From Candidatus Omnitrophica bacterium UBA6249 (GTDB lineage: Bacteria > Omnitrophota > Gorgyraeia > Gygaellales > Profunditerraquicolaceae): a stretch of 64,000 bases of DNA. A program made the position numbers and the translations under genes. The notes below the pieces were generated by a model, which saw nothing but the letters and a program-made list of their open reading frames with translations, did no database searches and was not told the origin of the DNA. Every line of letters starts with the position of its first letter. Within the stretch, counting starts at the first letter, position 1. The stretch spans positions 12,839 to 76,838 of the forward strand of contig DJVT01000009.1 in assembly GCA_002441305.1 (NCBI GenBank). The letters run 5' to 3'. Shown here piece after piece: positions 1 through 8,550 of the stretch.

Positions 1-2
1 GT

Positions 3-725
3 ACCGCTTCCGAGGCCTCAGGCGAGACCTGGAATAATATCGAAAAAAGCAAGCATTACATCATTTATTATCAGGACGCGCCGGCTAAATATATCAGGCG
101 CCTGGTAAGGGAAGCGGAACGCTGTTATAGGGATATTACCGGATACCTGGGGTTTGTCAGGTTCGATTTCTGGGTGTGGGATAACCGCTGTAAGATATTC
201 CTTTATCCCGACGCCGAGACTTACCGTTCTTCCACAGGCGCCCTGTCATGGTCGAGAGGCCATGTGCGCATATCCACCAAAGAGATCAGCACGTATATCG
301 GGCAGGAGATGTTTTTTGACACCATACTGCCGCATGAAATCGGGCATATCGTCTTCCGTGAATTCATAGGGTTCAACAGGCAGCTGCCCCTTTGGCTTGA
401 CGAGGGAGTAGCCTGTATGCAGGAGAAGGAAAGCAGGGATCGCCTGATTACGGCAAAGTGCCTGGTAGAGCTGAACTTGTATACGCATTTGGATGACCTC
501 TCCAGGATCAGCGATTCCAGCGTGATTATACCGTTTATTTTTTATAATGAATCCGCCAGTCTGGTGGATTTTCTTCTCAGGAGGTTCGGGAGGAATAAGT
601 TCGTTGATTTTTGCAGATCATTGCGCGACCAGCCGGATTGGGAGCAGTCTTTAAAGGGCGTATACAGGCTGAAGAATTTGGAAGAGCTGGAAAGGCTTTG
701 GGTCGCGGATTTGACCGAGAATTAG
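3..725 (+). CDS. Peptidase MA-like zinc metalloprotease, 5' end cut by window edge
   Basis: Frame is open from nt 3, with no stop before the listed Met at 174. HExxH motif in LPHEIGHIVF. C-terminal part resembles peptidase_MA_2-type proteins. Family call by eye only. Confidence 0.5.
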   Translation, partial: TASEASGETWNNIEKSKHYIIYYQDAPAKYIRRLVREAERCYRDITGYLGFVRFDFWVWDNRCKIFLYPDAETYRSSTGALSWSRGHVRISTKEISTYIGQEMFFDTILPHEIGHIVFREFIGFNRQLPLWLDEGVACMQEKESRDRLITAKCLVELNLYTHLDDLSRISDSSVIIPFIFYNESASLVDFLLRRFGRNKFVDFCRSLRDQPDWEQSLKGVYRLKNLEELERLWVADLTEN

Positions 726-748
726 ATTAGAATGGAGGAAATTTTTTT

Positions 749-1660
749 ATGAGGAACGATGTAAAGACGCGCGAATTCAACATTCTGGTAATCGAGGACG
801 ATGACAGAACATACAATACCATAAAGCAGGCTTTGATAAGCCCAGAGTATAAACTGCACAGAGTAACCAGCGGGGAAGAGGCGCTCAGGCTGGCCAAAGA
901 AGGGTATTTCGTCGCGATCATCACCGAGGTGCAGATCGGGGATATGAACGGGATAGAGCTTGTCCGCCGCCTGAGAAAGCTGGATCAGCGCATAAATATA
1001 ATCGGGCTTACCGTGTACGCTTTCGTCAATCTTGCGGTAGAGGCGATGAAGGAAGGGGTATATTCCTACCTGTTAAAACCTCTAAACACGGAGGAGCTGA
1101 ATTTGGTGGTGAGGCGTTCCATAGAGAACACTTTTCTTCTTATCCAGGCCGGGCAGAGGAAATATTACCAGGATATCGCCACTATGGACGGGCTTACCGG
1201 GGTATATAACCACCGCCATTTCCATGAGATGCTTGATTGGAATATCTCGCACTTGAACCGTTCCCCCCAGGCCTTCTCCCTGTTTATTATAGATATCGAT
1301 GATTTCAAGAAATATAACGATACCAAAGGGCATGTCGAAGGGGATAAGATATTGCATAATTTTGCCCAGCTTCTTGTCGCCTCTACCCGGGACAACGATA
1401 CGGTTTTCAGGTACGGGGGCGAGGAGTTTGCGGTAATCCTTTCCCAGACCGACCAGTGGGCGGCCCAAAAGGTGGCCGAGAGGCTGCTTGTCATAGTAAG
1501 GAGCAGGATGCCGGTAACCATGAGTATGGGGTTGGCCAGTTTCCCGATGAACGCGCAGGTAAAAAGCGACCTGGTTACCCGCGCCGACAAAGCGCTTTAC
1601 CGGGCGAAGGCGAGCGGCAAAAACAGGCTATGCACTTATGACGCGGGTTTAGACAAATGA
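749..1660 (+). CDS. Response-regulator receiver + GGDEF diguanylate cyclase
   Basis: N-terminal CheY-like receiver (VIEDDD, LLKP). C-terminal GGDEF domain with intact GGEEF and an RxxD I-site (RDND, 5 residues, GGEEF). Glu aligns where the phospho-acceptor Asp is expected (IITEVQIGDMNG). Confidence 0.85.
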   Translation: MRNDVKTREFNILVIEDDDRTYNTIKQALISPEYKLHRVTSGEEALRLAKEGYFVAIITEVQIGDMNGIELVRRLRKLDQRINIIGLTVYAFVNLAVEAMKEGVYSYLLKPLNTEELNLVVRRSIENTFLLIQAGQRKYYQDIATMDGLTGVYNHRHFHEMLDWNISHLNRSPQAFSLFIIDIDDFKKYNDTKGHVEGDKILHNFAQLLVASTRDNDTVFRYGGEEFAVILSQTDQWAAQKVAERLLVIVRSRMPVTMSMGLASFPMNAQVKSDLVTRADKALYRAKASGKNRLCTYDAGLDK

Positions 1661-1869
1661 AAAACTTTACCATTATTCTGATAATGCTGATCAGTACCCT
1701 GGGGCCTTCGGCGGTAATTGCGGCGGTGGGTTTTTCCGGGGTGAAGGCTATCGGCAGGAACCCTTCGGCTTCTCCGAAGATCCTGATTTCGATGATCCTG
1801 GCGTTTGTTTTCGCCGAGGCGATAGCGGTGATCGGGCTTTTGGTGGTTTACAACTTATTCGGGCAGTAA
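1657..1869 (+). CDS. atpE: F-type ATPase subunit c
   Basis: 70-aa two-helix hairpin with polar loop GRNPSA and a helix-2 carboxylate (FAEAIAV). Start overlaps the upstream stop (ATGA). Confidence 0.8.
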   Translation: MKNFTIILIMLISTLGPSAVIAAVGFSGVKAIGRNPSASPKILISMILAFVFAEAIAVIGLLVVYNLFGQ

Positions 1870-1942
1870 CCGGTTTGCGTTTCGGCAGGGATTGCCCCCG
1901 GGCGCGGTATCGGTTGGAAAGTTCGAAAACAGAGGAGCGGAC

Positions 1943-2701
1943 ATGCTGGTATGGCAGATAATCCTTATACAAATCGCTACTTTTACCCTGATCGTATTGT
2001 TTTTACGCTGGTTGCTTTATAGCCAGATCAGCCACGCGCTGGATAGGCTGCAAAGGCTCAACCAGCAGAATATGGAAAAAGAAAAGGCTTTGAAAGAGGA
2101 GTTCGAAAGAGCCAGGAAGCAGACGGAGATAGAGATACAGCGCGGCAAGGTCGAGGCCGAGAACATAAAAGAACAGGCCAAGGAAGACGCTGAAAAGACC
2201 AGGAGAAACCTGTTGGAATCCTCGAAAGACGAGGCAAAGAGGATCGTCAACGAAGGGGTAAGGGACAGCCAGAGGAAGTACAATGACCTGCTCCTTGAGA
2301 TGCAGGATAAGGCAGTTTACCTGGCGGTGGATATAGTAAAATACATTTTTACCGAAAGGATCCGTAAGAGCCTGCATTCCCAGGTTATCGAAGAATTGAT
2401 CGAGGATGTGGCCAGGCTGGACAAAGAGAAGATCAGGGCGCAGGGGGATAAAGCGGAGATTGTCTGCGCTTACAGCCTGGATGAAGGACAGAAGGAGCGC
2501 TTGCGCCAGGCGCTATCCAATAAGCTTGAGCGCAATATCGTGCTGGAAGAGACGCTCGACCCAGATGTGGTGGGAGGATTGATCATAAGATTGAGCGGAT
2601 TCGTGGTCATCGACGGCAGCATCAGGAATAAATTCAAGAGGATACTCCCGATGATGAAAGATAAGGCCAGGGCGGGGGTCGAACAGGCCGGGAAGGCTTA
2701 A
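1943..2701 (+). CDS. atpF: F-type ATPase subunit b fused to a delta (OSCP)-like C-terminal domain
   Basis: N-terminal TM helix plus a long charged coiled coil (b-like). The last ~65 aa align with the delta/OSCP C-terminus (VVGGLIIRLSGFVVIDGSIRNKFKRI). ATG 1943 is preceded by AGAGGAG. The ORF is open from 1892, but that extension looks non-coding. Confidence 0.7.
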   Translation: MLVWQIILIQIATFTLIVLFLRWLLYSQISHALDRLQRLNQQNMEKEKALKEEFERARKQTEIEIQRGKVEAENIKEQAKEDAEKTRRNLLESSKDEAKRIVNEGVRDSQRKYNDLLLEMQDKAVYLAVDIVKYIFTERIRKSLHSQVIEELIEDVARLDKEKIRAQGDKAEIVCAYSLDEGQKERLRQALSNKLERNIVLEETLDPDVVGGLIIRLSGFVVIDGSIRNKFKRILPMMKDKARAGVEQAGKA

Positions 2702-4201
2702 ATGCAGGAAATCAATTTAACCCCGTTAGAAATAAAAGACGTGGGGACGGTCAGGGAGATTAAGGGCGGGGTCATCAAGATAGACGGCCTTACGTCCTGC
2801 GTAAACGGTCAGTTGATCGAACTGGCCCCTGACCTGATGGGCATGGTCATCGGTTTCACCAAGAAGGATGTGCTTGTATTGGTTCTTGGCGATGAGAACA
2901 AGGTCCATATAGGGGATACCGTGTATGGCGAAGAAGGCGTTTTCGAGATCCCCGTAGGCAGTAATTTTCTCGGCAGGGTAGTCAATACCTTCGGCCAGCC
3001 GCTTGACGGCAAGGGGAAGATTGAGGGGGTAGACACTTATCCTATATTCAGGAGCGCTCCCGGAGTATTGGACAGGACTCCTATCGTCGAACCTTTTCTT
3101 ACCGGCACAAAGATAATCGATACCTGCATACCTTTGGGCAAGGGGCAGAGGGAGTTAATCCTGGGAGACCGGGTTACCGGCAAGACCACCCTGGTGATAG
3201 ACGCGATCATAAACCAGAAAGGGAAGGATGTAATCTGTATTTACTGCTGGATAGGCGGCAGCCAATCGGCCTTCCTGAAGATCATGGAGCAGCTTAAAGC
3301 CAGCGGCGCCCTGGAATGGACTATCGTGGTTACCGCTTCCGCTTCCGCGTCTCCGGCTGAACAATACCTTGTGCCTTACGCCGCCTGCGCGCTGGGCGAG
3401 TATTTCATGGACCACGGGCGCGACGTATTCTGCGCTTTCGATAACCTGAGTCGCCACGCCTGGATTTACCGCGAGATATCCCTGCTTCTGGAAAGGAGCC
3501 CGGGAAGAGAAGCTTACCCCGGGGATATATTCTATATCCATTCCCAGCTTATGGAAAGGGCAGGCAAGCTCAACGAAGAAAAGGGCAGCGGTTCGATGAC
3601 CTTCCTGCCGATCGTGGAAACCCAGGAAGGGGATATCACCGGCCTGGTGCAGTCCAACCTTGTCTCCATAACCGACGGGCAGATATACCTGAGTTCATCA
3701 CTTTTTAACGAAGGTTTCCGTCCGGCCATAGACCTGGGCCTTTCCGTCTCCCGTATCGGCAGCAAGGTGCAGTGCGATGCCATAAAAAAGGTGAGCCGTT
3801 CTTTGAAACGGGAGTTTGCCCAGTTCAAGGAATTGGCCGCGCTTACTACCATCAGGACCAAGCTTTCCCCGGAAATCGAACTCAGGCTTAAAAAGGGCCA
3901 GACCTTGAAGGACTTCCTGATCCAGGATAAGTCTAAACCGCTTTGCGTAGAGGAGATGATCGTGCTTTTCTATGCTTTCAGCAAGGAGCTTCCGCAGATA
4001 CTCGAGGAGTCGCAAAGGAGCAATTTCAAAAACAATATATACCCTTACCTGCTCAAGCATCATTCGGATATAATCGAGGAGTTGACCATCCAAAAGCTCC
4101 TTACCGGTGGGATAGAAAGAGGGCTGGACAAGGCCTTTGAGGATTTCTTCTCTGATTCCGAGGAAGAGAGCCAGGTTGTCCAAGAGCAGGAGGCGCAATG
4201 A
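2702..4201 (+). CDS. atpA: F1 ATPase alpha subunit (divergent)
   Basis: P-loop GDRVTGKTT. Conserved blocks SLLLERSPGREAYPGDIFYIHSQLMERA and PIVETQEGDITGLVQSNLVSITDGQIYL. Confidence 0.85.
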   Translation: MQEINLTPLEIKDVGTVREIKGGVIKIDGLTSCVNGQLIELAPDLMGMVIGFTKKDVLVLVLGDENKVHIGDTVYGEEGVFEIPVGSNFLGRVVNTFGQPLDGKGKIEGVDTYPIFRSAPGVLDRTPIVEPFLTGTKIIDTCIPLGKGQRELILGDRVTGKTTLVIDAIINQKGKDVICIYCWIGGSQSAFLKIMEQLKASGALEWTIVVTASASASPAEQYLVPYAACALGEYFMDHGRDVFCAFDNLSRHAWIYREISLLLERSPGREAYPGDIFYIHSQLMERAGKLNEEKGSGSMTFLPIVETQEGDITGLVQSNLVSITDGQIYLSSSLFNEGFRPAIDLGLSVSRIGSKVQCDAIKKVSRSLKREFAQFKELAALTTIRTKLSPEIELRLKKGQTLKDFLIQDKSKPLCVEEMIVLFYAFSKELPQILEESQRSNFKNNIYPYLLKHHSDIIEELTIQKLLTGGIERGLDKAFEDFFSDSEEESQVVQEQEAQ

Positions 4202-5094
4202 TCCCATTGACCATATTGCGCAAGGATCTCGCCTTTAACAAGGTAATGGAGAGCATTATCGATGTTTTGAAAGGCGTGGCCGCAACCGAGTATTTTCATC
4301 TCCAGAGCAAGAGAAAGAGTTTCGATGAGTTTGAGGCTTACCTGAGGGACATCTTTGCAATGGTGGATATAAATAATTTCCAGCATCCTTTTCTGGGCGG
4401 GGTCTCGGGAGGCAATAATATTATCCTGATTACCTCCGACAGCGGGTTTCTCGGCGAACTCAACATGTCGGTGGTAAATTACGGCCTGGCGCAGTACAGG
4501 AGCGGGGATACGCTTACGGTCGTGGGCAACGAAGGGGCGCGGTATATAAGCGAGAATGAAGCCAAGTATAAGAGTTTCCCGGGGATTGACGACGATATTT
4601 CTTATGACCTGGTGTTAAAACTCAGGGAGCATATAATCAAGGAGTTTACGAGTAAGAAGTTAAGCAATACCGTGATCATTTATCCGCATTTCGTTTCTTT
4701 CTCGGTGCAGAAAATAGAGCAATTCCAGCTTTTTCCCTGCCGTTTCTTGTTTCCCCAGGCCGCGCTGTCCGAAGGCTCCCATGGTAGGAAACCGGGCCTC
4801 TGGGAGATAGACCCTGAAGACAAGGTCGTGCTGGATTCTCCGCTTAAAGTGACTGTGGAGTACCTGGTGAGAATATGGATCGGACAGCTCCTGCATCTCA
4901 TATTCTGGGAGAGCAAACTTTCGGAGTGGGCGGCCAGGGTCATGCACCTGGAGCGGAGTACCAATGAGATCAAGGACCAGCAGAAGAAGCTGAGGCTTCA
5001 GTATTTCAGGACCATGCACGAGAGAAGCGACAAAAGCACCAGGGAAATCTTTGTGAGCAGGATGGCCTTGATCAAGACCGGGGCTATAGTGTAG
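4198..5094 (+). CDS. atpG: F1 ATPase gamma subunit (divergent)
   Basis: 298 aa in the gamma position between alpha and beta. Helical N- and C-termini, with a C-terminal LRLQYFRTMHERSDKSTREIF block resembling the gamma C-helix. ATGA overlap with atpA. Confidence 0.65.
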   Translation: MIPLTILRKDLAFNKVMESIIDVLKGVAATEYFHLQSKRKSFDEFEAYLRDIFAMVDINNFQHPFLGGVSGGNNIILITSDSGFLGELNMSVVNYGLAQYRSGDTLTVVGNEGARYISENEAKYKSFPGIDDDISYDLVLKLREHIIKEFTSKKLSNTVIIYPHFVSFSVQKIEQFQLFPCRFLFPQAALSEGSHGRKPGLWEIDPEDKVVLDSPLKVTVEYLVRIWIGQLLHLIFWESKLSEWAARVMHLERSTNEIKDQQKKLRLQYFRTMHERSDKSTREIFVSRMALIKTGAIV

Positions 5095-5115
5095 TTTTAT
5101 AAAAAGGGGGCAGGG

Positions 5116-6528
5116 ATGCAGCAGATGGGGAAAGTGGTTTCGGTACAAGGGCCAATCGTGGACGTGGAGTTTCCTCCCGATGTGTTGTTCCCCGCCGTTT
5201 ACGATATTATCGAGACCACTACTTTTGACGGGCAGAGGATAGTGCTCGAGGTAGTCGAGTATTTGAGCAAGGCGGAAACGGATAAGAATAATACCATGAG
5301 ATGCATCAGCCTTACTCCGAATTTCGGCCTGCGCAGGAACGCCAAGGCGGTCGCCACCGGTTCGACCATCTGTGTGCCGGTAGGTGAAAAGACCTGTTCC
5401 CGGATCCTTAATGTACTGGGAGAACCGCTGGATAAGGGCGGGCCCGTGGATGTGACGCCGGATATGACCCGGCCTACCCACCGTAACCATACTATTCCTA
5501 CCGTAGATACGAGCGAAGGCAAAGAGAAGAAATTCGAGGTGATGCAGACAGGGATCAAAATGTTCGATCTGCTTTTCCCCCTGATCAAAGGGTCGCGGAA
5601 CGGGATCCTGGGAGGCGCGGCCTGCGGCAAGAGCGTTATCATACTTGAGCTTATGCACAATATCATCAAGATGCAGAAAGGCTACTGCGTGTTTACCGGA
5701 GCGGGAGAGAGGACCAGGGAGGGTAATGAGCTTTATTACGAGATGGAGAAGCAGGGCATCCTGAACAGGGCGGCGCTTGTTTTCGGGCAGATGAACGAGT
5801 CTCCCGGGGCGAGGTTCGAGATCGTGCACACCGGCCTGACGCTGGCGGAGAATTTCGCCGAGGGCGGGGATGACGTGCTTCTATTCGTGGACAATGTTTA
5901 CAGATTCGCCCAGGCGGGTACCGAGCTTTCCACTCTTTTGGGCAGGATCCCCTCGGAGACCGGTTACCAGCCGACGCTTCCCTCGGAGATGGCCGAGTTC
6001 CAGGAACGCATACGTTCCCAGGGGCAGTCATCGATTACCGCTATGGAGGCCGTATATGTGCCTTCCGACGACCTTACCGACCCGGCGGTAGTCTGTATCT
6101 TCAGTTATCTGGATTCTATCGTTATTTTGTCCCGCCGCTACGTACAGTTGGGGCTTTTCCCCGCTATCGACGCCTTGACTTCTTCATGTTCATTCCTTGA
6201 TCCGATGATTATCGGTAAGAGGCATTTCAAGACAGCCCAGGATGTCTTGAGAATACTCAACCGTTACGAGGAACTCAGGAGGATAGTAGCTATCGTGGGG
6301 GTGGAGGAACTTTCCGGAGGGGACAGGATTATATTCGAACGCGCGCAGAAACTGCAGAATTTCCTTACCCAGCCGTTTTTCTGCGCGGAGGCTTACACCG
6401 GGAAAAAGGGGGAGTATGTTTCCTTGGACGCTACGCTGGAAGGCTGCGAAAGGATAGTCAGCGGACAGGTGGATAAAGTCCCTGCGGAAAAATTTTATAT
6501 GATCGGGGCCCTGCTGGAGAATCCTTAA
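5116..6528 (+). CDS. atpD: F1 ATPase beta subunit (divergent P-loop)
   Basis: GGAACGKS P-loop, [11 protein letters not shown] catalytic block, Walker B DVLLFVDN, and [13 protein letters not shown]. The DELSEED region reads EELSGGD. Confidence 0.85.
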   Translation: MQQMGKVVSVQGPIVDVEFPPDVLFPAVYDIIETTTFDGQRIVLEVVEYLSKAETDKNNTMRCISLTPNFGLRRNAKAVATGSTICVPVGEKTCSRILNVLGEPLDKGGPVDVTPDMTRPTHRNHTIPTVDTSEGKEKKFEVMQTGIKMFDLLFPLIKGSRNGILGGAACGKSVIILELMHNIIKMQKGYCVFTGAGERTREGNELYYEMEKQGILNRAALVFGQMNESPGARFEIVHTGLTLAENFAEGGDDVLLFVDNVYRFAQAGTELSTLLGRIPSETGYQPTLPSEMAEFQERIRSQGQSSITAMEAVYVPSDDLTDPAVVCIFSYLDSIVILSRRYVQLGLFPAIDALTSSCSFLDPMIIGKRHFKTAQDVLRILNRYEELRRIVAIVGVEELSGGDRIIFERAQKLQNFLTQPFFCAEAYTGKKGEYVSLDATLEGCERIVSGQVDKVPAEKFYMIGALLENP

Positions 6529-6590
6529 AAGGCCGTCTGCCCAGGGCTTTGGGCCTAAAATCCCGGCGGTGAAAACAGGAGAAGGAAAAG

Positions 6591-8306
6591 ATGATTAAAA
6601 TCGGACAGATACTGATGGATAAGGGACTGGTTACTCCTGAACAGATGGAGATCGTTATCCAGGAGCAGGAGAGGACCGGCGAGCCGCTGGATACCATCCT
6701 GGTGAAAAAGAATTTCCTGAGCGAGGAGAGCTTCCTGAAAGTGCTCTCGGAACAGTTCAATATCCCGTTCATCAGGCTGAAGGAGACTTCTATCGACCCC
6801 CAGGCGGTAAAGAAGGTGCCGGCGAAGTTCGCCTGGTATTACAAGGTGATGCCGGTAAAATTCTCGGATAACAAACTGGTGATCGCATCCTCGGATCCCT
6901 TGCGCTCTCTGGATGATTTGAGGATATTCCTGGGGTATGATTTAAGCCCCGCCCTGGCCTCGGAGGCTGAAATCATGGAGGTGATCAAGGAGAACTACGG
7001 GGTTGGCGCAGAGACGGTGGAAGGGATAATCGCCAAGGCCCCCAAGGAGACCCCGGCGGCAAAGGAGTCCGGGGGCAAGATCGAGGACATAGAGAAGATG
7101 GCCGAGGATGCCTCGGTAGTCAAGCTGGTCAACCAGATAATCCTCGAGGCTTACGAAAAGAGGGCGACCGATATACATATCGAGCCGTTCCGGGGGAAGA
7201 TGAACATAAGATACCGTATCGACGGCGTGCTTTATAACGCTAACGTCCCGGCGGACATCGAGCGTTTCTTTTTGGCTATTGTCTCGCGTATAAAGATTAT
7301 GTCCCGGCTCAATATCGTTGAGCGCCGCCTCCCGCAGGACGGGCGCGCGGTTATAAAAATAGGCAGCGAAGAGCTGGACCTGAGGATTTCGATTATCCCC
7401 ACGCGTTACGGCGAAGGAATGGTAATAAGGATCCTGCCTATGAGTATGCTTTTCAGCCTGGAGCGCCTGGGTCTGGCGCCGGAGGACCTGGAGACCCTGG
7501 CGAAATTGATCAAGAAGCCGCACGGGATCATCCTGGTCACCGGGCCTACCGGCAGCGGAAAGAGTACTACGCTGTACGGATGCCTGAACGAGATAAAAAG
7601 CAGCCGGAACAAGATCATTACTATCGAGGACCCTATAGAATATGAGCTGGAGGGGATTACCCAGATACAGGTCATCCCGGAGATAGGTTTTACTTTTGCC
7701 CAGGGGTTAAGGAGCATATTGAGGCATGACCCGGATATCATGATGGTGGGCGAAATCAGGGATTTCGAGACAGCCGAGCTGGCCATCAGAAGCGCCTTGA
7801 CCGGGCATTTGGTTTTTTCTACCTTGCACACCAATGATGCCGCCGGAGCGGTCGCCAGGCTTTTGAATATCGGCATAGAGCCTTACCTGGTTGCCTCTTC
7901 CGTGGAGGCGTTTATCGCCCAGAGACTGGTGCGGCTTATCTGCCCCCAGTGTAAGCAGATAGACGAGAATGTCCCCGAGAATATAAGGACGATAATAAAA
8001 CAGGATATCGAGAGCAGCAAGTTCGGACGGGAGCATATAAAAGTTTCCGACTTCAAGATTTACAAGGGCCGCGGGTGCAAGGAATGCAATTTTACCGGGT
8101 ACAAAGGCAGGACGGCTATCCATGAGATCCTGGTTGCGGATAAGGGGATAAGGGATTTGATGCTGCGCAAGGCTTCTACTGATGAGCTGCGCGAGAAGGC
8201 GGTAGATGAAGGGATGAAGACCCTGCGCATCTGCGGGTGGAAAAAGATGATCGACGGCCTGACTACGCCCGAGGAGATCCTCAGGGTGACCCAGTCGGAG
8301 GAATAA
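6591..8306 (+). CDS. gspE: Type II secretion / type IV pilus assembly ATPase (GspE/PilB family) with N-terminal T2SSE_N (MshEN-like) domain
   Basis: Walker A GPTGSGKST, Asp/His boxes, and a tetracysteine region (CPQC...CKEC). The N-terminal ~110 aa resemble the T2SSE_N fold. Confidence 0.85.
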   Translation: MIKIGQILMDKGLVTPEQMEIVIQEQERTGEPLDTILVKKNFLSEESFLKVLSEQFNIPFIRLKETSIDPQAVKKVPAKFAWYYKVMPVKFSDNKLVIASSDPLRSLDDLRIFLGYDLSPALASEAEIMEVIKENYGVGAETVEGIIAKAPKETPAAKESGGKIEDIEKMAEDASVVKLVNQIILEAYEKRATDIHIEPFRGKMNIRYRIDGVLYNANVPADIERFFLAIVSRIKIMSRLNIVERRLPQDGRAVIKIGSEELDLRISIIPTRYGEGMVIRILPMSMLFSLERLGLAPEDLETLAKLIKKPHGIILVTGPTGSGKSTTLYGCLNEIKSSRNKIITIEDPIEYELEGITQIQVIPEIGFTFAQGLRSILRHDPDIMMVGEIRDFETAELAIRSALTGHLVFSTLHTNDAAGAVARLLNIGIEPYLVASSVEAFIAQRLVRLICPQCKQIDENVPENIRTIIKQDIESSKFGREHIKVSDFKIYKGRGCKECNFTGYKGRTAIHEILVADKGIRDLMLRKASTDELREKAVDEGMKTLRICGWKKMIDGLTTPEEILRVTQSEE

Positions 8307-8309
8307 AGA

Positions 8310-8549
8310 TTGTTCAAGACCTCGGTGCTCGATATCAAAACCGCTTCCGTCGTCTTCCAGGGGCTGGTTTCTTCGGTGACCCTTCCCGGAGAAGAGGGGG
8401 AGCTTTCCCTCCTGGACTTTCATGAACCGATCATTATCTGCCTGAAGGAAGGCGCGGTGAAGATAGATGACAATTCTCCTATGCCCATAAAGAGCGGCAT
8501 CGCGAGCATGAAAAATAATGAGCTGATAATGCTGCTGGAGAAAAAATAA
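8310..8549 (+). CDS. atpC: ATP synthase epsilon-like protein, N-terminal beta-sandwich domain only
   Basis: 79 aa, TTG start. LDIKTASVVFQGLVSSVTLPGEEGELSLLDFHEPIIICLKEGAVKI aligns by eye with E. coli AtpC [47 protein letters not shown]. No C-terminal helical hairpin. Confidence 0.6.
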   Translation: MFKTSVLDIKTASVVFQGLVSSVTLPGEEGELSLLDFHEPIIICLKEGAVKIDDNSPMPIKSGIASMKNNELIMLLEKK

Positions 8550-8550
8550 T

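Noticed and set aside
1892-1942. Extended N-termini suggested by the ORF track: 1892 for the b-like gene, 12146 for the L-like gene, 45447 for the rfbD-like gene, 52251 for the hypothetical, 28075 for cbiO, 25631 for lipA and 29351 for the PilM-like gene.
   Set aside because: The extensions overlap the preceding gene or lack homology. Internal starts give canonical N-termini, RBS-like sequences or stop/start overlaps.
4660-5829. 389-aa minus-strand ORF antisense to atpG/atpD. Similar long antisense ORFs lie at 12209..13498, 35426..36478, 39116..40207, 42335..43285 and 47521..48276.
   Set aside because: Each lies entirely within a + strand gene that has strong family motifs. Their translations are low-complexity and R/P/G/H/L-rich with no recognisable motif. 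Long open antisense frames are expected in GC-rich coding DNA.
1657-8549. Assignment of the ATPase genes to the N-ATPase, V/A-type or flagellar/T3SS ATPase classes.
   Set aside because: The gene order (c, b, alpha, gamma, beta) is F-type, not the N-ATPase order, and no atpQ/atpR-like small membrane ORFs are present. Alpha and beta carry F1-specific blocks rather than A/B or FliI features.
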